Notes under the pieces: model-generated | What the model saw: only the letters and a program-made list of their open reading frames with translations | Databases searched by the model: none | What the model was told of the DNA's origin: nothing | Made by a program: the position numbers and the translations under genes | In this document: positions 8,722 to 18,582 of the stretch, in pieces | Layout: the number at the start of each line of letters is the position of its first letter | How positions within the stretch are numbered: position 1 is the stretch's first letter | NCBI GenBank assembly: GCA_046485285.1 | Contig: JAWOHE010000012.1 | Coordinates: 1-31,520, forward strand | Reading direction: 5' to 3' | Length of the DNA: 31,520 bases | Origin: a bacterium | GTDB taxonomy: Bacteria; Hydrothermota; Tepidihabitantia; Tepidihabitantales; Tepidihabitantaceae

Positions 8722-8749
8722 AATCTGCCCGCCCGACGCGCGGTGTCAA
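8722..8749 (-). promoter_or_regulatory. Promoter TTGACA-16-CAGATT (weaker -10)
   Basis: tgtcaa 8744-8749, aatctg 8722-8727. Confidence 0.5.
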
Positions 8750-8770
8750 GTCCGCGTCGGCCGGGCGACG

Positions 8771-9253
8771 TCAGTAGGGACGAGCTTGGCCCTGCTCGCG
8801 CCACTCGCGGAAGAGCGCGCGGCACTCCTCCGCCCGGACCCCGCCCACCAGCTCGACCGCGGTGCCGCCCATTGCCCGCAGGCGCTCGGCCGGGATTGTC
8901 AGCTCGTTGAACCCGGCGGCCCGGGCATCGGCAATCGTCGCGCCGTAGACGATGCGGCCGACCCGAGCCCAGTGTGCGGCCGAGAAGCACATCGGGCACG
9001 GCTCGCAGGTCGCGTAGAGCGTCGCGCCGGCCAGCACGACCTGCCCGAGCTCCCGGCACGCCGCGCCGATGGCGTTGACCTCGGCGTGTCGGGTCGGGTC
9101 GCCATCGCGCCAGACCGTGTTGCAGCCGGTCGCGACGACCTGACCTCCGAACGCGATGGCGCAGCCGAACGGGGTCTGGCCCGACGCGATGCCGGCCCGC
9201 GCCGCGGCGAGCGCGGCCGCCATCCCGGCCCGGTCTTCGTCAGTCACGGCCAT
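8771..9253 (-). CDS. Zn-dependent nucleoside/nucleobase deaminase (guanine deaminase/TadA-like CDA superfamily)
   Basis: PFGC, DPTRHAEVNAI, CEPCPMC motifs. True start may be GTG 9247 given the promoter position. Confidence 0.9.
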   Translation of the reverse strand: MAVTDEDRAGMAAALAAARAGIASGQTPFGCAIAFGGQVVATGCNTVWRDGDPTRHAEVNAIGAACRELGQVVLAGATLYATCEPCPMCFSAAHWARVGRIVYGATIADARAAGFNELTIPAERLRAMGGTAVELVGGVRAEECRALFREWREQGQARPY

Positions 9254-9254
9254 A

Positions 9255-9282
9255 GTTCTATGCGAAAGCCCGGTCCTGTCAA
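9255..9282 (-). promoter_or_regulatory. Promoter TTGACA-16-TAGAAC
   Basis: tgtcaa 9277-9282, gttcta 9255-9260; back-to-back with the plus-strand promoter. Confidence 0.55.
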
Positions 9283-9295
9283 GACCGGCGCGCGC

Positions 9296-9323
9296 TTGAC
9301 ACGCCGCCGAAGCCGCCTATTCT
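9296..9323 (+). promoter_or_regulatory. Promoter TTGACA-16-TATTCT, GTG start 6 nt downstream
   Basis: TTGACA 9296-9301, TATTCT 9318-9323, GTG 9330. Confidence 0.72.
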
Positions 9324-9329
9324 CGCCCC

Positions 9330-9890
9330 GTGCCTGCCGGCCTGAAGGTCTTCAGCCCGCCGATCCTCTTCAACGAGGAGGCGGTGCGGGAGCTCTGCCG
9401 GCTCGCCCGCCAGGGCTACGAGACCCGTCACAAGCGCGAGACCTTCGGCTTCCTCTTCGGCGTGGTCTCCGCCGACCACCGGCTCATCGTCCGCCACGCC
9501 CGCTACTACCGGGGCGGCACGAAGACCCGGTACTGCGTCACCCTCACCGAGCGAGAGATGTTCCGCCGCCGCCAGGACCTCGCCCGCGAGCTTCACCTGC
9601 GCTTCCTCGGCAGCTTCCACTCCCACGTCGAGGTCGGCGGGTTCGTCTCACGCGGAATGTCGGCCGACGACCGCGCCTCGTTCCGTCGCGACGGTGATGC
9701 GTCGATCGAGGCGCTGGTCTCAATCTGGGCCGGCCGACCCAAGTCTGTCCGTCCGACCGCGAAGACCGTCGTGGCGTGGGAGCCTGAGACCGGCTACCAC
9801 TACCGGGTCCGGGTCTACGCCCGCCAGAACGGCGACGTGCGCCGGGTCCGGGTGCGGATCATTCGATCCGGCGTCGTCATTGTCTACTAG
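9330..9890 (+). CDS. JAMM/MPN+ (Mov34/JAB) domain metalloprotease-like protein
   Basis: ETFGFLFG ... LGSFHSH ... MSADD = E-xn-HSH-xn-S-xx-D motif. Confidence 0.75.
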   Translation: MPAGLKVFSPPILFNEEAVRELCRLARQGYETRHKRETFGFLFGVVSADHRLIVRHARYYRGGTKTRYCVTLTEREMFRRRQDLARELHLRFLGSFHSHVEVGGFVSRGMSADDRASFRRDGDASIEALVSIWAGRPKSVRPTAKTVVAWEPETGYHYRVRVYARQNGDVRRVRVRIIRSGVVIVY

Positions 9891-9892
9891 CC

Positions 9893-9919
9893 CTTTCCCG
9901 CCCGCGGGGCGGGGGAAAG
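9893..9919. terminator. GC-rich hairpin between JAMM and SIMPL genes (no U-tract)
   Basis: CTTTCCCGCCC-GCG-GGGCGGGGGAAAG, stem with a 2-nt bulge, directly before the GAGG SD. Confidence 0.35.
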
Positions 9920-9928
9920 CGAGGACCC

Positions 9929-10624
9929 ATGCTGACTGCCATCCTGCTCGCCGCGGTCGTGGCCGCGCCGACTGAGACGCCACGCACCATCCAGGTTTCC
10001 GGCACCGCCGAGGTGACGGTCGCGCCCGACATCTGCTACATTTCCTTCGGCGTCACTGCCGAGCACAAGTCGAGCGCCGCCCTGGCCTACCGGGACAACA
10101 CCGCGGTGATGGCCGCGGTCGTTGCCGCCATCCGCGCGCTCGACATCCCGGACAATGACATCAAGACCGCGAACCTCACCATCAGCCCGAGCTACCGCTG
10201 GGACGACAAGGACCGCCGTCCCCAGTTTGAGGGCTACGAGGTCAACAACACGCTGGCGGTCAGCCTGCGCGACATCACCCGGGTGTCGAACGTCCTCGAC
10301 GCCGCGGTCGCGGCCGGTGCGACCACTGTCAGCAACGTCAGATTCACGGTCGAGAACCCCAAGCAGTACCTCACCGAGGCACGGGTCGAGGCGGTCAGGG
10401 CTGCGAAGGCCAAGGCCGGGGCGATGGCCGAGGCGGCCGGCGCCCGGCTCGGCGCGGTGCGGACCATCCTCGAGCACGAGGTCGGCGGCTACGGCCGGCT
10501 CTACGCCCAGTCAAACGTCGCGGCCGAGCGCGGCCTCGTCGAGTCCGTCGGCGCCGGCGACGCGGTCTCACCCGGCGACGTCAGACTCAGCCAGTCGGTG
10601 ACAGCGACCTTTGAACTGCACTAA
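9929..10624 (+). CDS. SIMPL domain (DUF541) periplasmic protein
   Basis: Signal peptide; RTIQVSGTAEVTVAPD, AVRAAKAKAGAMAEAAGARLG, VTATFEL. Confidence 0.9.
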   Translation: MLTAILLAAVVAAPTETPRTIQVSGTAEVTVAPDICYISFGVTAEHKSSAALAYRDNTAVMAAVVAAIRALDIPDNDIKTANLTISPSYRWDDKDRRPQFEGYEVNNTLAVSLRDITRVSNVLDAAVAAGATTVSNVRFTVENPKQYLTEARVEAVRAAKAKAGAMAEAAGARLGAVRTILEHEVGGYGRLYAQSNVAAERGLVESVGAGDAVSPGDVRLSQSVTATFELH

Positions 10625-10655
10625 CGGCGAGGCGGCGGGAAGGCACCGAGCAAGG

Positions 10656-10683
10656 TTGACCACTGCCCGGCCGGGTCTATAAT
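10656..10683 (+). promoter_or_regulatory. Promoter TTGACC-16-TATAAT
   Basis: TTGACC 10656-10661, TATAAT 10678-10683. Confidence 0.8.
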
Positions 10684-10698
10684 CGTTGCTCTTTGCTG

Positions 10699-10995
10699 AT
10701 GAAGTACTGGCGCACACCCCTTGATGCCGACCGCTGCAAGTCGCCGCACGGCATCGTTCACATCATCGTCGACCGCTGCAAGGGCTGCGGTTTCTGCGTC
10801 GACTACTGCCCGAAGCAGGTCCTCGAGTTTTCGCGCCACTTCAACCGCAAAGGCTACCACCCGCCGGTGGTGGTGAAGCCAGAGGCCTGCGTCGAGTGCG
10901 GGCTGTGCGGCGCGATATGCCCTGAGTTCGCCATCTGGTCAACCCCGGACCCGGAGTGCGTGCTTGATGAGCCAGCCGAGAGCCCGAAAAACTGA
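10699..10995 (+). CDS. korD: 2-oxoacid:ferredoxin oxidoreductase delta subunit (2x[4Fe-4S] ferredoxin)
   Basis: CKGCGFCVDYCP and CVECGLCGAICP; first gene of kor operon. Confidence 0.88.
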   Translation: MKYWRTPLDADRCKSPHGIVHIIVDRCKGCGFCVDYCPKQVLEFSRHFNRKGYHPPVVVKPEACVECGLCGAICPEFAIWSTPDPECVLDEPAESPKN

Positions 10996-12139
10996 CTCCC
11001 CGGTCCTGACCGGGTCGCACTACATCGACGGCGACGAAGCCTGCGCCGAAGGTGCGATTGCCGCCGGGTGCCGATTCTTCGCCGGGTACCCGATCACGCC
11101 CTCGACCGAGATCGCCGAGCGCATCGCCGCCCGCTTCCCGCTCGTCGGCGGGACGTTCATCCAGATGGAAGACGAGCTCGCCTCGATGGCCGCCATCCTC
11201 GGCGGCGCGTGGGGCGGCGCCAAGACAATGACGGTCACCTCCGGCCCGGGTTTCTCGCTGATGCAGGAGAACATCGGCCTCGGCGTGATGACCGAGACCC
11301 CCTGTGTCGTCGTCAACGTCCAGCGCGGCGGCCCGTCGACCGGCCTGCCGACGCTTACCGGCCAGCAGGATATGATGCAGGCCCGCTGGGGCTCGCATGG
11401 CGACTACGAGATCATCGCCCTTTCGCCCTCGTCGCCCCAGGAGTGCTTCGACCTTACCGTCACGGCCTTCAACCTCTCCGAGCGCTACCGCTTGCCGGTG
11501 CTGTTCATGATGGACGAGTGCGTCGGCCACATGACCGAGAAGGTCGTCATCCCGCCCGAGGGTGAGATCAAGGTCGCGGAACGCCGCTGGTACCGGGGAC
11601 CCAGGGACCGCTACCTGCCCTACCAGCCTGACCTGGACAAGGTCCCGCCGATCGTCCGCGCGGGCGAGGACTACCGTATCCACATCACCGGCCTGACCCA
11701 CGATGAACGCGGCTACCCGGTCATCACCGCCGCCTGCCAGCACGTCTGCGTCAGCCGGCTGGTCGACAAGATCCGCGATAATACCGACGACATCGTCATC
11801 ACCGAGAAGGACGGGCTCGACGGGGCCGACGTGGTCGTCGTCAGCTACGGCATCAGCTCGCGCGTGGCGACTCGGGCCATTGACCTCGCCCGCCGGCAGG
11901 GAATCCGGGTCGGCGCGCTTCGCCTCGTGACCGTCTGGCCGTTCCCGGAAAAGGTCATCGCCGACCTCTCGGCCCGGGTCAAGGCGCTGGTGATGCCCGA
12001 GATCAACCTCGGCCAGATGTTCCGGGAGTTGCAGCGGGCGGCCGCCGGGCGGTGCCGGACCCTGCTGGTCCCGCACTGCGGCGGCTGGGTCCACGACCCG
12101 GCTGACATCCTCAAGGCCATCCAGGAGGGCGCGCGATGA
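10967..12139 (+). CDS. korA: 2-oxoacid (2-oxoglutarate-type):ferredoxin oxidoreductase alpha subunit
   Basis: FAGYPITPSTE, QMEDELAS, TSGPGFSLMQE, QRGGPSTGLPT. Confidence 0.93.
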   Translation: MSQPRARKTDSPVLTGSHYIDGDEACAEGAIAAGCRFFAGYPITPSTEIAERIAARFPLVGGTFIQMEDELASMAAILGGAWGGAKTMTVTSGPGFSLMQENIGLGVMTETPCVVVNVQRGGPSTGLPTLTGQQDMMQARWGSHGDYEIIALSPSSPQECFDLTVTAFNLSERYRLPVLFMMDECVGHMTEKVVIPPEGEIKVAERRWYRGPRDRYLPYQPDLDKVPPIVRAGEDYRIHITGLTHDERGYPVITAACQHVCVSRLVDKIRDNTDDIVITEKDGLDGADVVVVSYGISSRVATRAIDLARRQGIRVGALRLVTVWPFPEKVIADLSARVKALVMPEINLGQMFRELQRAAAGRCRTLLVPHCGGWVHDPADILKAIQEGAR

Positions 12140-13032
12140 GCACCGCGACCCCGACCACCCCTCCCGAGCGGCACCCCCACGAAGACTTCCTGCGGATGGA
12201 TCGCATCCCGCACATCTGGTGTTCAACCTGCGGCCTCGGCACCGTTCTGAACGCCTACATTTCCGCCATCAAGCGCAGCGAGCTTCCCCGCGAGCGTCAC
12301 GCCATCGTCTCCGGAATCGGGTGCACCGGCCGCGCCGCCGGCTACGTCAAGCTCGACAGCTTCCACACCACCCACGGCCGGGCCCTGCCCTTCGCGACCG
12401 GACTGCACCTCGCCAACCCGGAGCTCAAGGTCACCGTCTTCTCCGGCGACGGCGACCTCGTCGCGATCGGCGGCAATCACCTCATCCACGCCGCCCGGCG
12501 CAACCTCGACATGACTGTCGTCTGCGTCAACAACTTCAATTACGCGATGACCGGTGGCCAGTTCGGCCCCACCACGCCCGAAGGCGCCAAGCTGACCACC
12601 GCACCCTACGGCAGCTACGAGCACCCCTTCAACGTCCCGTTTCTCGTCGATTCCTGCGGGGCGACCTACGTCGCACGCTGGACCGCGCTCCACGTCCGCG
12701 AGCTCATCGACTCAATCGTCGAGGCGCTCGCTCACAAGGGCTTCAGCTTCGTCGAGGTCATCGCACCCTGCCCGACCGTCTACGCCCGGCGCAACCGGCT
12801 CGGCAGCGGCCTCGACCTGCTCCACTACTACCACGACAACTCCGAAGTCCGCAACGGGGCCGACACCCGCGATGTCGACATCTCGTTCCAGGGCAGGCTC
12901 ATTGTCGGCAAGTTCGTCCAGCGTTGCCGGCCGACGTACCTCGAGACGATGGACGCCGCGCTCGGCCGCTCGGTCGGCAAGGCCTTCGTCTGCTACGAGG
13001 GCCCGATGCACATGCACCATGGCGGAAATTAA
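12136..13032 (+). CDS. korB: 2-oxoacid:ferredoxin oxidoreductase beta subunit (TPP-binding)
   Basis: WCSTCG, SGIGC, HTTHGRA, GDGD...NN TPP motif. Confidence 0.93.
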   Translation: MSTATPTTPPERHPHEDFLRMDRIPHIWCSTCGLGTVLNAYISAIKRSELPRERHAIVSGIGCTGRAAGYVKLDSFHTTHGRALPFATGLHLANPELKVTVFSGDGDLVAIGGNHLIHAARRNLDMTVVCVNNFNYAMTGGQFGPTTPEGAKLTTAPYGSYEHPFNVPFLVDSCGATYVARWTALHVRELIDSIVEALAHKGFSFVEVIAPCPTVYARRNRLGSGLDLLHYYHDNSEVRNGADTRDVDISFQGRLIVGKFVQRCRPTYLETMDAALGRSVGKAFVCYEGPMHMHHGGN

Positions 13033-13567
13033 GTTCTCCGGATTCGGCGGCCAGGGCATCATCCGGATGGGGGCGATAACCGGCAAGGCCGCCTCGCTCT
13101 ACGACGGCAAGCAAGCCACCCTCACCCAGAGCTTCGGCCCCGAGGCGCGCGGCGGCGCCTGCTCGGCCCAGCTCGTCGTCACGGCCGAGCGCATCCTCTA
13201 TCCCTACGTCATCGTCCCCGATATCCTCGTTGCGATGTCACAGGAGGCCTACGACAAGTTCGAACCCGAACTCAAAGACGACGGCTGGCTGCTGATCGAC
13301 GAGGACCTTGTCCGCCCTCACCCGGCCCGCGCCCAGGTCCGACAGCACGCGGTCGCCGCCACCCGCATCGCCGAGGAAATGGGCAACCGGATGTTCGCCA
13401 ATATGCTGATGCTCGGCTTCCTCGCCGCGATCACCGGTGTCGTCCCGTTCGAGGCGCTCGAGAAGGCGTTGCCCGGCAGCGTCCCGGACCGGTCGGTGCC
13501 CAAGAACGTCGAGGCGATGCGCAAGGGCTGGGAAATCGGCAAGTCCCGGCTCGCCGCCGCCGACTGA
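13019..13567 (+). CDS. korC: 2-oxoacid:ferredoxin oxidoreductase gamma subunit
   Basis: SGFGGQGI, QSFGPEARGG, ANMLMLG; start at ATG 13019. Confidence 0.92.
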   Translation: MAEIKFSGFGGQGIIRMGAITGKAASLYDGKQATLTQSFGPEARGGACSAQLVVTAERILYPYVIVPDILVAMSQEAYDKFEPELKDDGWLLIDEDLVRPHPARAQVRQHAVAATRIAEEMGNRMFANMLMLGFLAAITGVVPFEALEKALPGSVPDRSVPKNVEAMRKGWEIGKSRLAAAD

Positions 13568-13584
13568 CCTGCCCTTCGCAGTGC

Positions 13585-13609
13585 CGAGCGCCCCTCCCCG
13601 GGGCGCTCG
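13585..13609. terminator. 10-bp hairpin between convergent kor and suc operons
   Basis: CGAGCGCCCC-TCCCC-GGGGCGCTCG; no U-tract on either side. Confidence 0.55.
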
Positions 13610-13624
13610 ACCGTTCCGGGGCGG

Positions 13625-14485
13625 CTAGAGCCGCGCCTTCAACCGCTCGGGCAATTCCTGCGGTTCGTAGACGACCCCGATGCCGGCCGCTTCGAACGCC
13701 GCCACCTTTTCGGCCGCGGTGCCGGTCCCGCCCGAGATTATCGCACCGGCGTGCCCCATCCGCTTGCCGGGCGGCGCGGCGTGCCCGGCGATGAAGCCGA
13801 ACACCGGCTTCGAGCAGTTCCGCTTCACCCACTCGGCCGCCCGCTCCTCGTCAGTCCCGCCGATCTCGCCGACCACGACGATCGCCTTCGTCTCCGGGTC
13901 GGCGTCGAACAGCTCAAGACAGTCGAGGAAGTTCGTGCCGATGACCGGGTCGCCGCCGATGCCGACGACCGTTGACTGGCCGAAATCTCCGGTGTTGGCC
14001 GCTATCTCGTAGGTCAGAGTGCCGGATCGCGAGACTACTCCGACGCACCCGCGCCGGAAACTCTGCGCCGGCATTATCCCGAGTTTGGCCCTGCCCGGCG
14101 AGATTGCTCCCGGGCAGTTCGGTCCGAGGATTCGCGTCGCGCGACCCCGCGCATAGTCCAGCACCCGCACCATGTCGAGCGTCGGCACTCCCTCGGCAAC
14201 GCAAACGACCAGCCCCAGCCCGGCGTCAACCGCCTCGTACATCGCGTCGGTGGCGAAAACGGCCGGCACGAAGATTATCGCGGCGTCGGCGCCCGTCTTC
14301 CGGGCGGCATCCTCGACCGAGTCGAACACCGGGATCCCATCGACCTTCTGGCCACCTTTGCCCGGCGTCACGCCGCCGACCACCTGCGTGCCATAGGCCT
14401 TCATCGCCTGCGCGTGGAATGCACCGTCGCGGCCGGTGATGCCCTGCACCAGCACCCGCGTCGTCTCGTCAACCAGGATGCTCAC
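13625..14485 (-). CDS. sucD: Succinate--CoA ligase alpha subunit
   Basis: [41 protein letters not shown] 14485 overlaps sucC stop. Confidence 0.96.
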   Translation of the reverse strand: MSILVDETTRVLVQGITGRDGAFHAQAMKAYGTQVVGGVTPGKGGQKVDGIPVFDSVEDAARKTGADAAIIFVPAVFATDAMYEAVDAGLGLVVCVAEGVPTLDMVRVLDYARGRATRILGPNCPGAISPGRAKLGIMPAQSFRRGCVGVVSRSGTLTYEIAANTGDFGQSTVVGIGGDPVIGTNFLDCLELFDADPETKAIVVVGEIGGTDEERAAEWVKRNCSKPVFGFIAGHAAPPGKRMGHAGAIISGGTGTAAEKVAAFEAAGIGVVYEPQELPERLKARL

Positions 14486-15624
14486 TTGCCACCTCCGGCC
14501 AGTTTCACCGCCTTTGCGACCGCCTCGGCCATTGTCGCCGCCGGCGTCACGTCCGTACCCTCGAGCAGTGCCCGCGCCTGCTCGGCATTGGTCCCGGTCA
14601 GCCGCGCCACGACCGGTACCCGGATGTCCGCCTGCTTCTTCGCCGCCAGCAGCCCGGTCGCGATGTCGTCGCACCGGGTGATGCCGCCGAAGATATTAAC
14701 GAGTATCGTCCTGACACTCGGGTCGGACAGGATTATCCGCATCGCGGTGACCATCTTGTCCGGTGACGACGACCCGCCGACGTCGAGGAAGTTGGCCGGC
14801 TCGCCGCCGTAGCGCTTGATCAGGTCCATTGTCGCCATTGCCAGCCCGGCGCCGTTGACCACGCACCCGACGTTCCCGTCAAGCTTGATGTAGGACAACC
14901 CGGCTCCCTTGGCCTCGACCTCCTTCGGCTCCTCGGCCGAGAGGTCGCGCAGGGCCTCGTTGTCCCTGTGCCGGAAGAGCGCGTTGTCATCGAAGTTGAT
15001 CTTCGCGTCCAGCGCCAGGAGCGCCCCGCCCTCGAGCAGCACCAGCGGGTTGATCTCGATCAGCGAGCAGTCGCGGCTGGTGAAGATCTCGTAGAGCTTC
15101 GCCGCGATCGCGGCGAACTCGCGCGCCAGCTTCGTGTCGCCGCCGAACAGCGCCATCCCGACGTTCCGGCCCTGGAACCCGAGGAGGCCCGCACCCGGGT
15201 CGATCGCGACCTTGAGTATCTTCTCGGGTGCCTCGCGCGCAACCTGCTCGATCTCCACGCCGCCGGCGGCCGACGCCATCAACACCGGCTGCCGGCTTGT
15301 CCGGTCCACCACGATGCCGACGTAGAACTCCTTCTTCACGGCGGCGCACTCGGCGACCAGTACCTTCTCGACCCGCAGGCCCTTGATATCCATCCCGAGG
15401 ATCGCGCCGGCGACACGCTCGACATCCTCCTGCCTGTCGACCTTCTTGACACCGCCCGCTTTTCCCCGGCCGCCAACCAGCACCTGCGCCTTGATGACGA
15501 CCGGCAGGCCGATCGCGCTGGCGGCGGCGGAACACTCGGCAGGTGTCGCACAGACCTTCTCGTGCGGGACCGGGATGCCGGCCTGCGCGAAAATCTCCTT
15601 TGCCTGGTACTCGTGGACTTTCAT
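14482..15624 (-). CDS. sucC: Succinate--CoA ligase (ADP-forming) beta subunit
   Basis: [46 protein letters not shown]; start ATG 15624. Confidence 0.96.
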   Translation of the reverse strand: MKVHEYQAKEIFAQAGIPVPHEKVCATPAECSAAASAIGLPVVIKAQVLVGGRGKAGGVKKVDRQEDVERVAGAILGMDIKGLRVEKVLVAECAAVKKEFYVGIVVDRTSRQPVLMASAAGGVEIEQVAREAPEKILKVAIDPGAGLLGFQGRNVGMALFGGDTKLAREFAAIAAKLYEIFTSRDCSLIEINPLVLLEGGALLALDAKINFDDNALFRHRDNEALRDLSAEEPKEVEAKGAGLSYIKLDGNVGCVVNGAGLAMATMDLIKRYGGEPANFLDVGGSSSPDKMVTAMRIILSDPSVRTILVNIFGGITRCDDIATGLLAAKKQADIRVPVVARLTGTNAEQARALLEGTDVTPAATMAEAVAKAVKLAGGGK

Positions 15625-15632
15625 AGGCCTGA

Positions 15633-15660
15633 AATCTAGCCCCGGCGCCCCGCCTGTCAA
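15633..15660 (-). promoter_or_regulatory. Promoter TTGACA-16-TAGATT, ATG 8 nt downstream
   Basis: tgtcaa 15655-15660, aatcta 15633-15638; no SD. Confidence 0.72.
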
Positions 15661-15694
15661 GGCGTGTCGGACACGAAGCGGGACGAGCGGCTGG

Positions 15695-16648
15695 CTATAC
15701 CTGCGACCACTTGCCGCAGCGGTCGCCGTAGCGGTCGATGACCGCGCCCTCGCGTACGGTCTCGACCACCTCGCAGCGGTTCGGACAGCCGTCACACTCG
15801 AATGCCCGGCTCTCGAACTCGGTCTCCGCGGTCCCAAATCCGGCGAAGCGGCTTGCCCGGCCCTCGGTCTCCTCCATCGCCAGGATCGCCGCGCCGACCG
15901 CTCCCATCACCAGAAACTGCTCCGGCACCTGCACTGGCTGGCCCAGCGCCCGTTCGAACGCATCCCGCACACCGACGTTGGCCGCAACGCCACCCTGGAA
16001 CAGGATCACCGGCTGGATGTCCTTCCCCTTTGCCACCGTGTTCATGTAGTTGCGGACAATCGCATCGCACAGCCCGGCGATGATGTCGTCAGTCGAGACG
16101 CCTAGTTGGGCCTTGTGGATCATATCGCTCTCCGCGAACACCGTGCATCGGCCGGCGATGTTCACGCGGTTCCGCGCCTTCAGCGCCCGCGCGCCGAACT
16201 GCTCGATCGGGATGTCGAGCCGTGACGCCTGGTGGTCGAGAAAACTACCTGTCCCCGCCGCGCAGACCGTGTTCATCGCGAAGTCCACCGGGATACCGTC
16301 GCGCAGGATGATTATCTTCGAGTCCTGACCGCCGATCTCGAGCACCGCCCGCGCCTCGGGGTGGAACCGGCCCGCCGCGACCGCGTGGGCGATTATCTCG
16401 TTCTTGACGATGTCGGCCTGTACCATTACCCCGGCCAGCCGCCGTGCCGACCCGGTCGTCCCGGCGCCGGCGATGCGGGCTGTGCCGTCGACGCGGCTCC
16501 CGAGCACGCGGAGCAGGGCGCGGATGGAGTTTATCGGCGTGCCTTGTGTCCGCAGGTACTCGGCCGCGAGGACGTTGGCATCGCGGTCGATCACCACGCC
16601 CTTGGTCGAGATTGAGCCGACGTCAACGCCCAGGTATGCTTCGACCAC
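15695..16648 (-). CDS. Acyl-CoA dehydratase activase (HgdC/BcrAD-BadFG ASKHA ATPase, [4Fe-4S])
   Basis: GVDVGSISTK, EIGGQDSK, MNTVCAAGTGSFL, CTVFAESD, QGGVAAN, C-terminal CDGCPNRC; GAGGAGG SD before GTG 16648. Confidence 0.92.
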   Translation of the reverse strand: MVEAYLGVDVGSISTKGVVIDRDANVLAAEYLRTQGTPINSIRALLRVLGSRVDGTARIAGAGTTGSARRLAGVMVQADIVKNEIIAHAVAAGRFHPEARAVLEIGGQDSKIIILRDGIPVDFAMNTVCAAGTGSFLDHQASRLDIPIEQFGARALKARNRVNIAGRCTVFAESDMIHKAQLGVSTDDIIAGLCDAIVRNYMNTVAKGKDIQPVILFQGGVAANVGVRDAFERALGQPVQVPEQFLVMGAVGAAILAMEETEGRASRFAGFGTAETEFESRAFECDGCPNRCEVVETVREGAVIDRYGDRCGKWSQV

Positions 16649-17690
16649 GCTTCCTCCTCTGCACCAGGTCCACGAACGCCTCGAGCCGGGTCTGGAGCCC
16701 GGTATGCGAGGAATGCTCGTCGAACGACAGCGACAGTAGTGGCACGCCCGAATCCTCGGCGAGCTGCTGCAGCGCCTCGAGTGCGATGTTCTCCGGCATG
16801 CAGGTGAAGGGGAAGATGTGGACGATGCCGTCCACCCGCTCCCGCTCGACGAAGTCGATCGCCTCACCCACCGTCCTCAGTGCCTCACCGCCCGGGCAGA
16901 CGCGCAGGTAGCGCCGCGCCAGCCGGCGCGAGCGATAGAAGCTCCTGTCAAGACGCAGGAGATGCAGCAGGTGCCGGTACAGGCTCCGCCCGAACAGCAC
17001 CTCTGCCCCGAGCCGGCCCAGCTCCTTCTCGATTTCGCCGTTGGCGAACTGCTCGATCATGAAATATATCTCGCCGACGAGCCCTACCCGGAGTGCAGGT
17101 CGACGGCCGTTCGTTCCGAAGATCCGCCGGAGCTCGGCCCGCGCGGCGCGAACCCCGGCAACGCTCCGTGCGCCCGCAACGATATCGAGTCCCGGCCGCA
17201 CCAACCTCTCGGCCCCGGCGAAATCCACCGCCCGGTGCCGGTTCAGGAGCCGCCTGAACTCCTCGCTCAGCCGGCTCCTCACGAACATCATGTACACGGC
17301 TCGGATGACCCGGAGCGGCGAAACGCCGAACTCAGACGGCATCAGCCGGAAGATAAACTCCCACGGCGTGTACTGGCTCACCGGCACCAGCCGGTACCTC
17401 CGTCCGGTCCGGGCCAGCGCCTGCTCGTGCAGGTAATGGTAGTAGCCGAACCGGCACTTCCTCGCGCCGGCCGCCATGAAGACCGTGTCCGCGCCTGCTT
17501 CGAGCGCCTCGAGGAAATTGCCCAGCGTCAGCTTGAACGGCATGCAGATCAACTCGGGCGCGTGCTCGACGCCCAGCCGGAGCGTTCGCTTCGACGTCGG
17601 CGGTGGCAGGATGACCTCGCCTCCGAGGTCCTCGATGAGCGCCCGCAGGACCGGCGTGTCGTAGCCGAACCAGGGAAAGGTGACCTTCAC
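16623..17690 (-). CDS. 2-hydroxyacyl-CoA dehydratase D-component-like / CoA activase-related subunit
   Basis: PELICMPFK, CRFGYY, VGLVGEIY, PFTCMPE, DEHSSHTGLQTRLEAF; GTG 17690. Confidence 0.85.
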   Translation of the reverse strand: MKVTFPWFGYDTPVLRALIEDLGGEVILPPPTSKRTLRLGVEHAPELICMPFKLTLGNFLEALEAGADTVFMAAGARKCRFGYYHYLHEQALARTGRRYRLVPVSQYTPWEFIFRLMPSEFGVSPLRVIRAVYMMFVRSRLSEEFRRLLNRHRAVDFAGAERLVRPGLDIVAGARSVAGVRAARAELRRIFGTNGRRPALRVGLVGEIYFMIEQFANGEIEKELGRLGAEVLFGRSLYRHLLHLLRLDRSFYRSRRLARRYLRVCPGGEALRTVGEAIDFVERERVDGIVHIFPFTCMPENIALEALQQLAEDSGVPLLSLSFDEHSSHTGLQTRLEAFVDLVQRRKRGRSIPGR

Positions 17691-17694
17691 GCCA

Positions 17695-18576
17695 TCAGGC
17701 GGCCCGGCGGCGCTCGGCCAGCTCCAGGAACGCCTCGACGCGGGTGACGAGCCCGGCCGTGCCGGTATGCTCGTCAACCACCAGCTGTAGGAAGGGCACC
17801 GCCCGCCTCTGCGCCTCTTCCCGCATCAACTCCGCGACGAGCGAATCCGGTCCGCAGCCCATCGAAACCACGGCGCAGACGCCATCGACCCTGCCGACGA
17901 AGAACCGGAACGCGTTGTAGAGTTCACGCTCGAAGATCCAGCGGATGTTCTGCGCGAAACCCTCCCGGCTGCGCAGGACTGCCAGTGGCAACTCGTCCTT
18001 CAGCCGCACCCGGTAACCATAACGCTCGAATGCCTTGACGATCGGCAGGCCGACGTAGTCGTCACCGATGTTGTAGAAATGCCCGATAAGTGCCACGTTG
18101 CGCTCGCCCGGGCCAAACTCAGGCTCAACCGGGCTGTGGTCCAGTAGTGGCCGGGCCGACACCAGCGCCCGGACAACCCTCGCCGGGTCCCCGGTGAGCT
18201 CGAGCCCGGCCCGGAAGTGCGGCCAGAACATCCCGCGTCTGATGGCCGGGGCGATGAGTCGCGTCTCCCCGCCCATCATCATCCGGGCGATGTCGACGAT
18301 GCCAATCATCTTAGGGCAGGCATAGAGATGGTCCTCGAGCGACACCATCCGGGGCAGGAATATCGCGTCGACCCGGTCCTTCAGGTCCAGGATGTGGCCG
18401 GCAACGATCTTGACCGGCAGGCAGACCTCGCTCGACACGCATTTCAGGCCGGCCGACAGGAGGACCTTGTCCGTCGGCCGACTGAGTACGACCTCGACGC
18501 CGAGCCCGGACAGGAAGGACTGCCAGTAAGTTCCGTATCGGTAGTAGAGCAACCCGCGCGGTAATCCTACCCGCAT
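17695..18576 (-). CDS. Acyl-CoA dehydratase activase-related protein (DUF2229-like)
   Basis: VGLPRGLLYY, EVCLPVK, CPK, GCGPDS, DEHTGTAGLVTRVEAF. Confidence 0.85.
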   Translation of the reverse strand: MRVGLPRGLLYYRYGTYWQSFLSGLGVEVVLSRPTDKVLLSAGLKCVSSEVCLPVKIVAGHILDLKDRVDAIFLPRMVSLEDHLYACPKMIGIVDIARMMMGGETRLIAPAIRRGMFWPHFRAGLELTGDPARVVRALVSARPLLDHSPVEPEFGPGERNVALIGHFYNIGDDYVGLPIVKAFERYGYRVRLKDELPLAVLRSREGFAQNIRWIFERELYNAFRFFVGRVDGVCAVVSMGCGPDSLVAELMREEAQRRAVPFLQLVVDEHTGTAGLVTRVEAFLELAERRRAA

Positions 18577-18582
18577 ACCCGA

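Noticed and set aside
7154-8749. 531-aa ORF overlapping pepA
   Set aside because: Frame-shifted shadow; its 'start' TTG is the -35 hexamer of the pepA promoter.
9277-9301. Inverted repeat TGTCAAG-N11-CTTGACA as an operator
   Set aside because: Fully explained by the two back-to-back -35 hexamers of divergent promoters.
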